From assembly GCA_964016885.1 (NCBI GenBank), contig OZ024740.1, positions 421,290,001-421,354,000 on the forward strand: 64,000 bases of DNA, read 5' to 3'. The notes below the pieces were generated by a model that did not search any database, had not been told where the DNA came from, and was given only the letters and a program-made list of their open reading frames with translations. The DNA is from Eledone cirrhosa (taxonomy: Eukaryota). Made by a program: the position numbers and the translations under genes. Below, in pieces: positions 40,801-58,800 of the stretch (positions within the stretch are counted from its first letter, which is position 1; each line of letters starts with the position of its first letter).

Positions 40801-43800
40801 GTCACAATACTATATTGCTCAACTGTCACAATACTACATATCTCACCTGTCACAATACTACATATATCACCTCTCACAATATTACATATCTCACCTGTCA
40901 CAATACTACATATCTCACCTGTCACAATACCACATATCTCACCTGTCACAATATTACATATCTCACCTGTCACAATACTACATATCTCACCTGTCACAAT
41001 ATTATATATCTCACCTGTCACAATACTACATATCTCACCTGTCACAATACTATATATCTCACCGGTCCCAATACTACATATCTCAGCTGTCACAATATTA
41101 CATATCTCACCTGTCACAATACTATATATCTCACCCGTCACAATACCATATATCTCACCTGTCACAATATTACATATCTCACCTGTCAGAATACTATATA
41201 TCTCCCCTGTCACAATAATATATATCTCACCTGTCACAATATTACATATCTCAACTGTCACAATATTAAATATCTCACGTGTCACAATACTACATACCTC
41301 AGCTGTCACAATATTACATATCTCACCTGTCACAATACTAAATATCTCACCTGTCACGATACTACATATCTCACATGTTACAATACTATATATCTCACCT
41401 GTAACAATACTATATATCTCACCTGTCACAATACTATATATCTCACCTGTCACAATACTATATATCTCACCCATCACAATACTATATATCTCACCTGTCA
41501 CAATATTACATATCTCACCTGTCACAATATTATATGTTTCATCTGTCACAATACTATACATCTCACTTGTCACAATACTACATATCTCACCTGTCACAAT
41601 ATTATATATCTCATCTGTCACAATACTATATATCTCACCTGTCACAATATTACATATCTCACCTGTCACAATACTATATATCTCCCCTGTCACAATATTA
41701 TATATCTCACCTGTCACAATATTATATATCTCATCTGTCACAATACTATATATCTCAGCTGTCACAATATTACATATCTCACCTGTTACAATACTATATA
41801 TCTCACCTGTCACTACTATTTATCTCACCTGTCACAATACTACATATCTCACCTGTCATAATATTACATATCTCACCTGTCACAATACTACATATCTCAC
41901 CTGTCATAATATTACATATCTCACCTGTCACAATATTACATATCTCACCTGTCACAATACTATATTGCTCACCTGTCACAATACTACATATCTCACCTGT
42001 CACAATACTACATATCTCACCTCTCACAATATTACATATCTCACCTGTCACAATATTACATGTCTCGCCTGTTACAATACTACATATCTCACCTGTCACA
42101 ATACTATATATCTCACCAGTCACAATACTATATATCTCACCTGTCACAATAATATATATCTCACCTGTCACAATACTACATATCTCACTTGTCACAATTC
42201 TATATATCTCACCTGTCACAATATTATATATCTCACCTGTCACAATACTACATATCTCACCTGCCACAATACTATATATCTCACCTGTCACAATATTACA
42301 TATCTCACCTGTCACAATATTACATATCTCAACTTTCACAATATTATGTATCTCACCGGTCACAATACTATATATCTCAACTGTCACAATATTATATATC
42401 TCACCTGTCACAATATTACATATCTCACCTGTCACAATACTATATATCTTACCTGTCACAATACTATATATCTCACCTGTCACAATACTATATATCTCAC
42501 CTGTTACAATACAATATATCTCACCTGTCACAATACTACATATCTCATCTCTCACAATACTACATATCTCACCTGTCACAATATTACATATCTCACCTGT
42601 CACAATACTACATATCTCACCTCTCACAATATTACATATCTCACCTGTCACAATACTATATATCTCACCCATCACAATACCATATATCTCACCTGTCACA
42701 ATATTACATATCTCACCTGTCACAATATTATATATTTCATCTGTCACAATACTATATATCTCACTTGTCACAATACTACATATCTCACCTGTCACAATAT
42801 TACATATCTCACCTGTCACAATACTATATATCTCACCTCTCACAATATTACATATCTCACCTGTCACAATATTACATATCTCACCCGTCACAATACTCTA
42901 TATCTCACCTGTCACAATACTATATATCTCACCTATTACAATACTATATATCTCACCTGTCACAATATTACATATCTCACCTGTTACAATAATATATATC
43001 TCACCTGTCACTACTATTTATCTCACCTGTCACAATACTACATATCTCACCTGTCATAATATTACATATCTCACCTGTCACAATATTACATATCTCACCT
43101 GTCACAATACTATATTGCTCACCTGTCACAATACTACATATCTCACCTGTCACAATACTACATATCTCACCTCTCACAATATTACATATCTCACCTGTCA
43201 CAATACTACATATCTCACCTGTCACAATGCTACATATCTCACCTGTCACAATATTACATATCTCATCTGTCACAATATTATATATCTCATTTGTCACAAT
43301 ATTACATATCTCACTGGTCAGAATACTACATATCTCACCTGTCACAATACTATATATCTCACCTGTCACAATACTATACATCTCACCTGTTACAATACTA
43401 TATATCTCACCTGTCACAATACTACATATCTCACCTGTCACAATATTACATATCTCACCTGTCACAAAACTACATATCTCAACTGTCACAATACTATATA
43501 TCTCACCTGTCACAATATTACATATCTCAACTGTCACAATATTAAATATCTCACGTGTCACAATACTACATACCTCAGCTGTCACAATATTACATATCTC
43601 ACCTGTCACAATACTACATATCTCACCTGTCACGATACTACATATCTCACATGTTACAATACTATATATCTCACCTGTAACAATACTATATATCTCACCT
43701 GTCACAATACTATATATCTCACCTGTCAGAATACTACATATCTCACCTGTCACAATATTACATATCTCACCTGTCACAATACTATATATCTCACCTGTCA

Positions 43801-46800
43801 CAATACTATATATCTCACCCATCACAATACTACATATCTCAGCTGTCACAATATTACATATCTCACCTGTCACAATACTATATATCTCACCTGTCACAAT
43901 ACTATATATCTCACCCATCACAATACTACATATCTCAGCTGTCACAATATTACATATCTCACCTGTCACAATACTATATATCTCACCCGTCACAATACTA
44001 TATATCTCACCTGTCATAATATTACATATCTCACCTGTCACAATACTACATATCTCACCTGTCACGATACTACATATCTCACATGTTACAATACTATATA
44101 TCTCACCTGTAACAATACTATATATCTCACCTGTCACAATACTATATATCTCACCTGTCAGAATACTACATATCTCACCTGTCACAATATTACATATCTC
44201 ACCTGTCACAATACTATATATCTCACCTGTCACAATACTATATATCTCACCCATCACAATACTACATATCTCAGCTGTTACAATATTACATATCTCACCT
44301 GTCAAAATACTATATATCTCACCTGTCACAATACTATATATCTCACCCATCACAATACTACATATCTCAGCTGTCACAATATTACATATCTCACCTGTCA
44401 CAATACTATATATCTCACCCGTCACAATACTATATATCTCACCTGTCATAATATTACATATCTCACCTGTCACAATATTACATATCTCACCTGTCACAAT
44501 ACTATATTGCTCACCTGTCACAATACTACATATCTCACCTGTCACAATACTACATATATCACCTCTCACAATATTACATATCTCACCTGTCACAATACTA
44601 CATATCTCACCTGTCACAATACTACATATCTCACCAGTCACAATATTACATATCTCACCTGTCACAATACTACATATCTCACCTGTCACAATATTATATA
44701 TCTCACCTGTCACAATACTACATATCTCACCTGTCACAATACTATATATCTCACCGGTCCCAATACTACATATCTCAGCTGTCACAATATTACATATCTC
44801 ACCTGTCACAATACTATATATCTCACCCGTCACAATACTATATATCTCACCTGTCACAATATTACATATCTCACCTGTCACAATATTATATATCTCATCT
44901 GTCACAATACTATATATCTCACCTGTCACAATATTACATATCTCACCTGTCACAATACTATATATCTCCCCTGTCACAATAATATATATCTCACCTGTCA
45001 CAATATTACATATCTCAACTGTCACAATATTAAATATCTCACGTGTCACAATACTACATACCTCAGCTGTCACAATATTACATATCTCACCTGTCACAAT
45101 ACTACATATCTCACCTGTCACGATACTACATATCTCACATGTTACAATACTATATATCACACCTGTAACAATACTATATATCTCACCTGTCAGAATACTA
45201 TATATCTCACCTGTCAGAATACTACATATCTCACCTGTCACAATATTACATATCTCACCTGTCACAATACTATATATCTCACCTCTCACAATACTATATA
45301 TCTCACCCATCACAATACTATATATCTCACCTGTCACAATATTACATATCTCACCTGTCACAATATTATATGTTTCATCTGTCACAATACTATACATCTC
45401 ACTTGTCACAATACTACATATCTCACCTGTCACAATATTATATATCTCATCTGTCACAATACTATATATCTCACCTGTCACAATATTACATATCTCACCT
45501 GTCACAATACTATATATCTCCCCTGTCACAATAATATATATCTCATCTGTCACAATACTATATATCTCACCTGTCACAATATTACATATCTCACCTGTCA
45601 CAATACTACATATCTCACCTGTCACAATGCTACATATCTCACCTGTCACAATATTACATATCTCAACTGTCACAATATTTAATATCTCACGTGTCACAAT
45701 ACTACATACCTCAGCTGTCACAATATTACATATCTCACCCGTCACAATACTATATATCTCACCTGTCACAATACTATATATCTCACCTATTACAATATTA
45801 CATATCTCACTGGTCAGAATACTACATATCTCACCTGTCACAATACTATATATCTCACCTGTCACAATACTATACATCTCACCTGTTACAATACTATATA
45901 TCTCACCTGTCACAATACTACATATCTCACCTGTCACAATATTACATATCTCACCTGTCACAAAACTACATATCTCAACTGTCACAATAATATATATCTC
46001 ACCTGTCACAATATTACATATCTCAACTGTCACAATATTAAATATCTCACGTGTCACAATACTACATACCTCAGCTGTCACAATATTACATATCTCACCT
46101 GTCACAATACTAAATATCTCACCTGTCACGATACTACATATCTCACATGTTACAATACTATATATCTCACCTGTAACAATACTATATATCTCACCTGTCA
46201 CAATACTATATATCTCACCTGTCACAATACTATATATCTCACCCATCACAATACTATATATCTCACCTGTCACAATATTACATATCTCACCTGTCACAAT
46301 ATTATATGTTTCATCTGTCACAATACTATACATCTCACTTGTCACAATACTACATATCTCACCTGTCACAATATTATATATCTCATCTGTCACAATACTA
46401 TATATCTCACCTGTCACAATATTACATATCTCACCTGTCACAATACTATATATCTCCCCTGTCACAATAATATATATCTCACCTGTCACAATATTATATA
46501 TCTCATCTGTCACAATACTATATATCTCACCTGTCACAATATTACATATCTCACCTGTCACAATACTACATATCTCACCTGTCACAATGCTACATATATC
46601 ACCTGTCACAATATTACATATCTCAACTGTCACAATATTGAATATCTCACGTGTCACAATACTACATACCTCAGCTGTCACAATATTACATATCTCACCC
46701 GTCACAATACTATATATCTCACCTGTCACAATACTATATATCTCACCTATTACAATACTATATATCTCACCTGTCACAATATTATATATCTCAGCTGTCA

Positions 46801-49800
46801 CAATATTACATATCTCACCTGTTACAATACTATATATCTCACCTGTCACTACTATTTATCTCACCTGTCACAATACTACATATCTCACCTGTCATAATAT
46901 TACATATCTCACCTGTCACAATACTACATATCTCACCTGTCATAATATTACATATCTCACCTGTCACAATATTACAAATCTCACCTGTCACAATACTATA
47001 TTGCTCACCTGTCACAATACTACATATCTCACCTGTCACAATATTACATATCTCACCTCTCACAATATTACATATCTCACCTGTCACAATACTACATATC
47101 TCACCTGTCACAATATTACATATCTCACCTGTCACAATACTACATATCTCACCTGTCACAATATTATATATCTCACCTGTCACAATACTACATATCTCAC
47201 CTGTCACAATACTATATATCTCACCGGTCCCAATACTACATATCTCAGCTGTCACAATATTACATATCTCACCTGTCACAATACTATATATCTCACCCGT
47301 CACAATACTATATATCTCACCTGTCACAATATTACATATCTCACCTGTCACAATATTATATATCTCATCTGTCACAATACTATATATCTCAGCTGTCACA
47401 ATATTACATATCTCACCCGTCACAATACTATATATCTCCCCTGTCACAAAAATATATATCTCACCTCTCACAATATTATATATCTCATCTGTCACAATAC
47501 TATATATCTCACCTGTCACAATATTACATATCTCACCTCTCACAATACTACATATCTCACCTGTCACAATGCTACATATCTCACCTGTCACAATATTACA
47601 TATCTCATCTGTCACAATATTATATATCTCATTTGTCACAATATTACATATCTCACTGGTCAGAATACTACATATCTCACCTGTCACAAAACTATATATC
47701 TCACCTGTCACAATACTATACATCTCACCTGTTACAATACTATATATCTCACCTGTCACAATACTACATATCTCACCTGTCACAATATTACATATCTCAC
47801 CTGTCACAAAACTACATATCTCAACTGTCACAATACTATATATCTCACCTGTCACAATATTACATATCTCACCTGTCACAATACTACATATCTCACCTGT
47901 CACGATACTACATATCTCACATGTTACAATACTATATATCTCACCTGTAACAATACTATATATCTCACCTGTCACAATACTATATATCTCACCTGTCAGA
48001 ATACTACATATCTCACCTGTCACAATATTACATATCTCACCTGTCACAATACTATATATCTCACCTGTCACAATACTATATATCTCACCCATCACAATAC
48101 TACATATCTCAGCTGTCACAATATTACATATCTCACCTGTCACAATACTATATATCTCACCTGTCACAATACTATATTGCTCACCTGTCACAATACTACA
48201 TATCTCACCTGTCACAATACTACATATATCACCTCTCACAATATTACATATCTCACCTGTCACAATACTACATATCTCACCTGTCACAATACTACATATC
48301 TCACCTGTCACAATATTACATATCTCACCTGTCACAATACTACATATCTCACCTGTCACAATATTATATATCTCACCTGTCACAATACTACATATCTCAC
48401 CTGTCACAATACTATATATCTCACCGGTCCCAATACTACATATCTCAGCTGTCACAATATTACATATCTCACCTGTCACAATACTATATATCTCACCCGT
48501 CACAATACTATATATCTCACCCGTCACAATATTACATATCTCACCTGTCACAATATTATATATCTCATCTGTCAGAATACTATATATCTCCCCTGTCACA
48601 ATAATATATATCTCACCTGTCACAATATTACATATCTCAACTGTCACAATATTAAATATCTCACGTGTCACAATACTACATACCTCAGCTGTCACAATAT
48701 TACATATCTCACCTGTCACAATACTAAATATCTCACCTGTCACGATACTACATATCTCACATGTTACAATACTATATATCTCACCTGTAACAATACTATA
48801 TATCTCACCTGTCACAATACTATATATCTCACCTGTCACAATACTATATATCTCACCCATCACAATACTATATATCTCACCTGTCACAATATTACATATC
48901 TCACCTGTCACAATATTATATATCTCATCTGTCACAATACTATATATCTCACCTTTCACAATATTACATATCTCACCGGTCACAATACTATATATCTCGC
49001 CTGTCACAATAATATATATCTCACCTGTCACAATATTATATATCTCATCTGTCACAATACTATATATCTCACCTGTCACAATATTACATATCTCACCTGT
49101 CACAATACTACATATCTCACCTGTCACAATGCTACATATATCACCTGTCACAATATTACATATCTCAACTGTCACAATATTTAATATCTCACGTGTCACA
49201 ATACTACATATCTCAGCTGTCACAATATTACATATATCACCCGTCACAATACTATATATCTCACCTGTCACAATACTATATATCTCACCTATTACAATAC
49301 TATATATCTCACCTGTCACAATATTATATATCTCAGCTGTCACAATATTACATATCTCACCTGTTACAATACTATATATCTCACCTGTCACTACTATTTA
49401 TCTCACCTGTCACAATACTACATATCTCACCTGTCATAATATTACATATCTCACCTGTCACAATACTACATATCTCACCTGTCATAATATTACATATCTC
49501 ACCTGTCACAATACTATATATCTCCCCTGTCACAATAATATATATCTCACCTGTCACAATATTACATATCTCAACTGTCACAATATTAAATATCTCACGT
49601 GTCACAATACTTCATACCTCAGCTGTCACAATATTACATATCTCACCTGTCACAATACTACATATCTCACCTGTCACGATACTACATATCTCACATGTTA
49701 CAATACTATATATCTCACCTGTAACAATACTATATATCTCACCTGTCACAATACTATATATCTCACCTGTCAGAATACTACATATCTCACCTGTCACAAT

Positions 49801-52800
49801 ATTACATATCTCACCTGTCACAATACTATATATCTTACCTGTCACAATACTATATATCTCACCCATCACAATACTATATATCTCACCTGTCACAATATTA
49901 CATATCTCACCTGTCACAATATTACATATCTCACCTGTCACAATATTATATGTTTCATCTGTCACAATACTATACATCTCACTTGTCACAAAACTACATA
50001 TCTCAACTGTCACAATACTATATATCTCACCTGTCACAATATTACATATCTCAACTGTCACAATATTATATGTTTCATCTGTCACAATACTATACATCTC
50101 ACTTGTCACAATACTACATATCTCACCTGTCACAATATTATATATCTCACCTGTCACAAAACTACATATCTCAACTGTCACAATACTATATATCTCACCT
50201 GTCACAATATTACATATCTCAACTGTCACAATATTAAATATCTCACGTGTCACAATACTACATACCTCAGCTGTCACAATATTACATATCTCACCTGTCA
50301 CAATACTACATATCTCACCTGTCACGATACTACATATCTCACATGTTACAATACTATATATCTCACCTGTAACAATACTATATATCTCACCTGTCACAAT
50401 ACTATATATCTCACCTGTCAGAATACTACATATCTCACCTGTCACAATATTACATATCTCACCTGTCACAATACTATATATCTCACCTGTCACAATACTA
50501 TATATCTCACCCATCACAATACTACATATCTCAGCTGTCACAATTTTACATATCTCACCTGTCACAATACTATATATCTCACCTGTCACAATACTATATA
50601 TCTCACCCATCACAATACTACATATCTCAGCTGTCACAATATTACATATCTCACCTGTCACAATACTATATATCTCACCCGTCACAATACTATATATCTC
50701 ACCTGTCATAATATTACATATCTCACCTGTCACAATATTACATATCTCACCTGTCACAATACTATATTGCTCACCTGTCACAATACTACATATCTCACCT
50801 GTCACAATACTACATATATCACCTCTCACAATATTACATATCTCACCTGTCACAATACTACATATCTCACCTGTCACAATACTACATATCTCACCTGTCA
50901 CAATATTACATATCTCACCTGTCACAATACTACATATCTCACCTGTCACAATATTATATATCTCACCTGTCACAATACTACATATCTCACCTGTCACAAT
51001 ACTATATATCTCACCGGTCCCAATACTACATATCTCAGCTGTCACAATATTACATATCTCACCTGTCACAATACTATATATCTCACCCGTCACAATACTA
51101 TATATCTCACCTGTCACAATATTACATGTCTCACCTGTCACAATATTATATATCTCATCTGTCAGAATACTATATATCTCCCCTGTCACAATAATATATA
51201 TCTCACCTGTCACAATATTACATATCTCAACTGTCACAATATTAAATATCTCACGTGTCACAATACTACATACCTCAGCTGTCACAATATTACATATCTC
51301 ACCTGTCACAATACTAAATATCTCACCTGTCACGATACTACATATCTCACATGTTACAATACTATATATCTCACCTGTAACAATACTATATATCTCACCT
51401 GTCACAATACTATATATCTCACCTGTCACAATACTATATATCTCACCCATCACAATACTATATATCTCACCTGTCACAATATTACATATCTCACCTGTCA
51501 CAATATTATATGTTTCATCTGTCACAATACTATACATCTCACTTGTCACAATACTACATATCTCACCTGTCACAATATTATATATCTCATCTGTCACAAT
51601 ACTATATATCTCACCTTTCATAATATTACATATCTCACCGGTCACAATACTATATATCTCCCCTGTCACAATAATATATATCTCACCTGTCACAATATTA
51701 TATATCTCATCTGTCACAATACTATATATCTCACCTGTCACAATATTACATATCTCACCTGTCACAATTCTACATATCTCACCTGTCACAATGCTACATA
51801 TATCACCTGTCACAATATTACATATCTCAACTGTCACAATATTTAATATCTCACGTGTCACAATACTACATATCTCAGCTGTCACAATATTACATATATC
51901 ACCCGTCACAATACTATATATCTCACCTGTCACAATACTATATATCTCACCTATTACAATACTATATATCTCACCTGTCACAATATTATATATCTCAGCT
52001 GTCACAATATTACATATCTCACCTGTTACAATACTATATATCTCACCTGTCACTACTATTTATCTCACCTGTCACAATACTACATATCTCACCTGTCATA
52101 ATATTACATATCTCACCTGTCACAATACTACATATCTCACCTGTCATAATATTACATATCTCACCTGTCACAATACTATATATCTCCCCTGTCACAATAA
52201 TATATATCTCACCTGTCACAATATTACATATCTCAACTGTCACAATATTAAATATCTCACGTGTCACAATACTTCATACCTCAGCTGTCACAATATTACA
52301 TATCTCACCTGTCACAATACTACATATCTCACCTGTCACGATACTACATATCTCACATGTTACAATACTATATATCTCACCTGTAACAATACTATATATC
52401 TCACCTGTCACAATACTATATATCTCACCTGTCAGAATACTACATATCTCACCTGTCACAATATTACATATCTCACCTGTCACAATACTATATATCTCAC
52501 CTGTCACAATACTATATATCTCACCCATCACAATACTATATATCTCACCTGTCACAATATTACATATCTCACCTGTCACAATATTATATGTTTCATCTGT
52601 CACAATACTATACATCTCACTTGTCACAATACTACATATCTCACCTGTCACAATATTATATATCTCATCTGTCACAATACTATATATCTCACCTGTCACA
52701 ATATTACATATCTCACCTGTCACAATACTATATATCTCCCCTGTCACAATAATATATATCTCACCTGTCACAATATTATATATCTCATCTGTCACAATAC

Positions 52801-55800
52801 TATATATCTCACCTGTCACAATATTACATATCTCACCTGTCACAATACTACATATCTCACCTGTCACAATGCTACATATCTCACCTGTCACAATATTACA
52901 TATCTCAACTGTCACAATATTTAATATCTCACGTGTCACAATACTACATACCTCAGCTGTCACAATATTACATATCTCACCCGTCACAATACTATATATC
53001 TCACCTGTCACAATACTATATATCTCACCTATTACAATACTATATATCTCACCTGTCACAATATTACATATCTCACCTGTCACAATACTATATATCTCAC
53101 CTGTCACAATACTATATATCTCACCTGTCACAATACTACATATCTCACCTGTCACAATATTACATATCTCACCTGTCACAAAACTACATATCTCAACTGT
53201 CACAATACTATATATCTCACCTGTCACAATATTACATATCTCAACTGTCACAATATTAAATATCTCACGTGTCACAATACTACATACCTCAGCTGTCACA
53301 ATATTACATATCTCACCTGTCACAATACTACATATCTCACCTGTCACGATACTACATATCTCACATGTTACAATACTATATATCACACCTGTAACAATAC
53401 TATATATCTCACCTGTCAGAATACTATATATCTCACCTGTCAGAATACTACATATCTCACCTGTCACAATATTACATATCTCACCTGTCACAATACTATA
53501 TATCTCACCTCTCACAATACTATATATCTCACCCATCACAATACTATATATCTCACCTGTCACAATATTACATATCTCACCTGTCACAATATTATATGTT
53601 TCATCTGTCACAATACTATAAATCTCACTTGTCACAATACTACATATCTCACCTGTCACAATATTATATATCTCATCTGTCACAATACTATATATCTCAC
53701 CTGTCACAATATTACATATCTCACCTGTCACAATACTATATATCTCCCCTGTCACAATAATATATATCTCATCTGTCACAATACTATATATCTCACCTGT
53801 CACAATATTACATATCTCACCTGTCACAATACTACATATCTCACCTGTCACAATGCTACATATCTCACCTGTCACAATATTACATATCTCAACTGTCACA
53901 ATATTTAATATCTCACGTGTCACAATACTACATACCTCAGCTGTCACAATATTACATATCTCACCCGTCACAATACTATATATCTCACCTGTCACAATAC
54001 TATATATCTCACCTATTACAATATTACATATCTCACTGGTCAGAATACTACATATCTCACCTGTCACAATACTATATATCTCACCTGTCACAATACTATA
54101 CATCTCACCTGTTACAATACTATATATCTCACCTGTCACAATACTACATATCTCACCTGTCACAATATTACATATCTCACCTGTCACAAAACTACATATC
54201 TCAACTGTCACAATAATATATATCTCACCTGTCACAATATTACATATCTCAACTGTCACAATATTAAATATCTCACGTGTCACAATACTACATACCTCAG
54301 CTGTCACAATATTACATATCTCACCTGTCACAATACTAAATATCTCACCTGTCACGATACTACATATCTCACATGTTACAATACTATATATCTCACCTGT
54401 AACAATACTATATATCTCACCTGTCACAATACTATATATCTCACCTGTCACAATACTATATATCTCACCCATCACAATACTATATATCTCACCTGTCACA
54501 ATATTACATATCTCACCTGTCACAATATTATATGTTTCATCTGTCACAATACTATACATCTCACTTGTCACAATACTACATATCTCACCTGTCACAATAT
54601 TATATATCTCATCTGTCACAATACTATATATCTCACCTGTCACAATATTACATATCTCACCTGTCACAATACTATATATCTCCCCTGTCACAATAATATA
54701 TATCTCACCTGTCACAATATTATATATCTCATCTGTCACAATACTATATATCTCACCTGTCACAATATTACATATCTCACCTGTCACAATACTACATATC
54801 TCACCTGTCACAATGCTACATATATCACCTGTCACAATATTACATATCTCAACTGTCACAATATTGAATATCTCACGTGTCACAATACTACATACCTCAG
54901 CTGTCACAATATTACATATCTCACCCGTCACAATACTATATATCTCACCTGTCACAATACTATATATCTCACCTATTACAATACTATATATCTCACCTGT
55001 CACAATATTATATATCTCAGCTGTCACAATATTACATATCTCACCTGTTACAATACTATATATCTCACCTGTCACTACTATTTATCTCACCTGTCACAAT
55101 ACTACATATCTCACCTGTCATAATATTACATATCTCACCTGTCACAATACTACATATCTCACCTGTCATAATATTACATATCTCACCTGTCACAATATTA
55201 CAAATCTCACCTGTCAGAATACTATATTGCTCACCTGTCACAATACTACATATCTCACCTGTCACAATATTACATATCTCACCTCTCACAATATTACATA
55301 TCTCACCTGTCACAATACTACATATCTCACCTGTCACAATATTACATATCTCACCTGTCACAATACTACATATCTCACCTGTCACAATATTATATATCTC
55401 ACCTGTCACAATACTACATATCTCACCTGTCACAATACTATATATCTCACCGGTCCCAATACTACATATCTCAGCTGTCACAATATTACATATCTCACCT
55501 GTCACAATACTATATATCTCACCCGTCACAATACTATATATCTCACCTGTCACAATATTACATATCTCACCTGTCACAATATTATATATCTCATCTGTCA
55601 CAATACTATATATCTCAGCTGTCACAATATTACATATCTCACCCGTCACAATACTATATATCTCCCCTGTCACAAAAATATATATCTCACCTCTCACAAT
55701 ATTATATATCTCATCTGTCACAATACTATATATCTCACCTGTCACAATATTACATATCTCACCTGTCACAATACTACATATCTCACCTGTCACAATGCTA

Positions 55801-58800
55801 CATATCTCACCTGTCACAATATTACATATCTCATCTGTCACAATATTATATATCTCATTTGTCACAATATTACATATCTCACTGGTCAGAATACTACATA
55901 TCTCACCTGTCACAAAACTATATATCTCACCTGTCACAATACTATACATCTCACCTGTTACAATACTATATATCTCACCTGTCACAATACTACATATCTC
56001 ACCTGTCACAATATTACATATCTCACCTGTCACAAAACTACATATCTCAACTGTCACAATACTATATATCTCACCTGTCACAATATTACATATCTCACCT
56101 GTCACAATACTACATATCTCACCTGTCACGATACTACATATCTCACATGTTACAATACTATATATCTCACCTGTAACAATACTATATATCTCACCTGTCA
56201 CAATACTATATATCTCACCTGTCAGAATACTACATATCTCACCTGTCACAATATTACATATCTCACCTGTCACAATACTATATATCTCACCTGTCACAAT
56301 ACTATATATCTCACCCATCACAATACTACATATCTCAGCTGTCACAATATTACATATCTCACCTGTCACAATACTATATATCTCACCTGTCACAATACTA
56401 TATTGCTCACCTGTCACAATACTACATATCTCACCTGTCACAATACTACATATATCACCTCTCACAATATTACATATCTCACCTGTCACAATACTACATA
56501 TCTCACCTGTCACAATACTACATATCTCACCTGTCACAATATTACATATCTCACCTGTCACAATACTACATATCTCACCTGTCACAATATTATATATCTC
56601 ACCTGTCACAATACTACATATCTCACCTGTCACAATACTATATATCTCACCGGTCCCAATACTACATATCTCAGCTGTCACAATATTACATATCTCACCT
56701 GTCACAATACTATATATCTCACCCGTCACAATACTATATATCTCACCCGTCACAATATTACATATCTCACCTGTCACAATATTATATATCTCATCTGTCA
56801 GAATACTATATATCTCCCCTGTCACAATAATATATATCTCACCTGTCACAATATTACATATCTCAACTGTCACAATATTAAATATCTCACGTGTCACAAT
56901 ACTACATACCTCAGCTGTCACAATATTACATATCTCACCTGTCACAATACTAAATATCTCACCTGTCACGATACTACATATCTCACATGTTACAATACTA
57001 TATATCTCACCTGTAACAATACTATATATCTCACCTGTCACAATACTATATATCTCACCTGTCACAATACTATATATCTCACCCATCACAATACTATATA
57101 TCTCACCTGTCACAATATTACATATCTCACCTGTCACAATATTATATATCTCATCTGTCACAATACTATATATCTCACCTTTCACAATATTACATATCTC
57201 ACCGGTCACAATACTATATATCTCGCCTGTCACAATAATATATATCTCACCTGTCACAATATTATATATCTCATCTGTCACAATACTATATATCTCACCT
57301 GTCACAATATTACATATCTCACCTGTCACAATACTACATATCTCACCTGTCACAATGCTACATATATCACCTGTCACAATATTACATATCTCAACTGTCA
57401 CAATATTTAATATCTCACGTGTCACAATACTACATATCTCAGCTGTCACAATATTACATATATCACCCGTCACAATACTATATATCTCACCTGTCACAAT
57501 ACTATATATCTCACCTATTACAATACTATATATCTCACCTGTCACAATATTATATATCTCAGCTGTCACAATATTACATATCTCACCTGTTACAATACTA
57601 TATATCTCACCTGTCACTACTATTTATCTCACCTGTCACAATACTACATATCTCACCTGTCATAATATTACATATCTCACCTGTCACAATACTACATATC
57701 TCACCTGTCATAATATTACATATCTCACCTGTCACAATACTATATATCTCCCCTGTCACAATAATATATATCTCACCTGTCACAATATTACATATCTCAA
57801 CTGTCACAATATTAAATATCTCACGTGTCACAATACTTCATACCTCAGCTGTCACAATATTACATATCTCACCTGTCACAATACTACATATCTCACCTGT
57901 CACGATACTACATATCTCACATGTTACAATACTATATATCTCACCTGTAACAATACTATATATCTCACCTGTCACAATACTATATATCTCACCTGTCAGA
58001 ATACTACATATCTCACCTGTCACAATATTACATATCTCACCTGTCACAATACTATATATCTTACCTGTCACAATACTATATATCTCACCCATCACAATAC
58101 TATATATCTCACCTGTCACAATATTACATATCTCACCTGTCACAATATTACATATCTCACCTGTCACAATATTATATGTTTCATCTGTCACAATACTATA
58201 CATCTCACTTGTCACAAAACTACATATCTCAACTGTCACAATACTATATATCTCACCTGTCACAATATTACATATCTCAACTGTCACAATATTATATGTT
58301 TCATCTGTCACAATACTATACATCTCACTTGTCACAATACTACATATCTCACCTGTCACAATATTATATATCTCACCTGTCACAAAACTACATATCTCAA
58401 CTGTCACAATACTATATATCTCACCTGTCACAATATTACATATCTCAACTGTCACAATATTAAATATCTCACGTGTCACAATACTACATACCTCAGCTGT
58501 CACAATATTACATATCTCACCTGTCACAATACTACATATCTCACCTGTCACGATACTACATATCTCACATGTTACAATACTATATATCTCACCTGTAACA
58601 ATACTATATATCTCACCTGTCACAATACTATATATCTCACCTGTCAGAATACTACATATCTCACCTGTCACAATATTACATATCTCACCTGTCACAATAC
58701 TATATATCTCACCTGTCACAATACTATATATCTCACCCATCACAATACTACATATCTCAGCTGTCACAATTTTACATATCTCACCTGTCACAATACTATA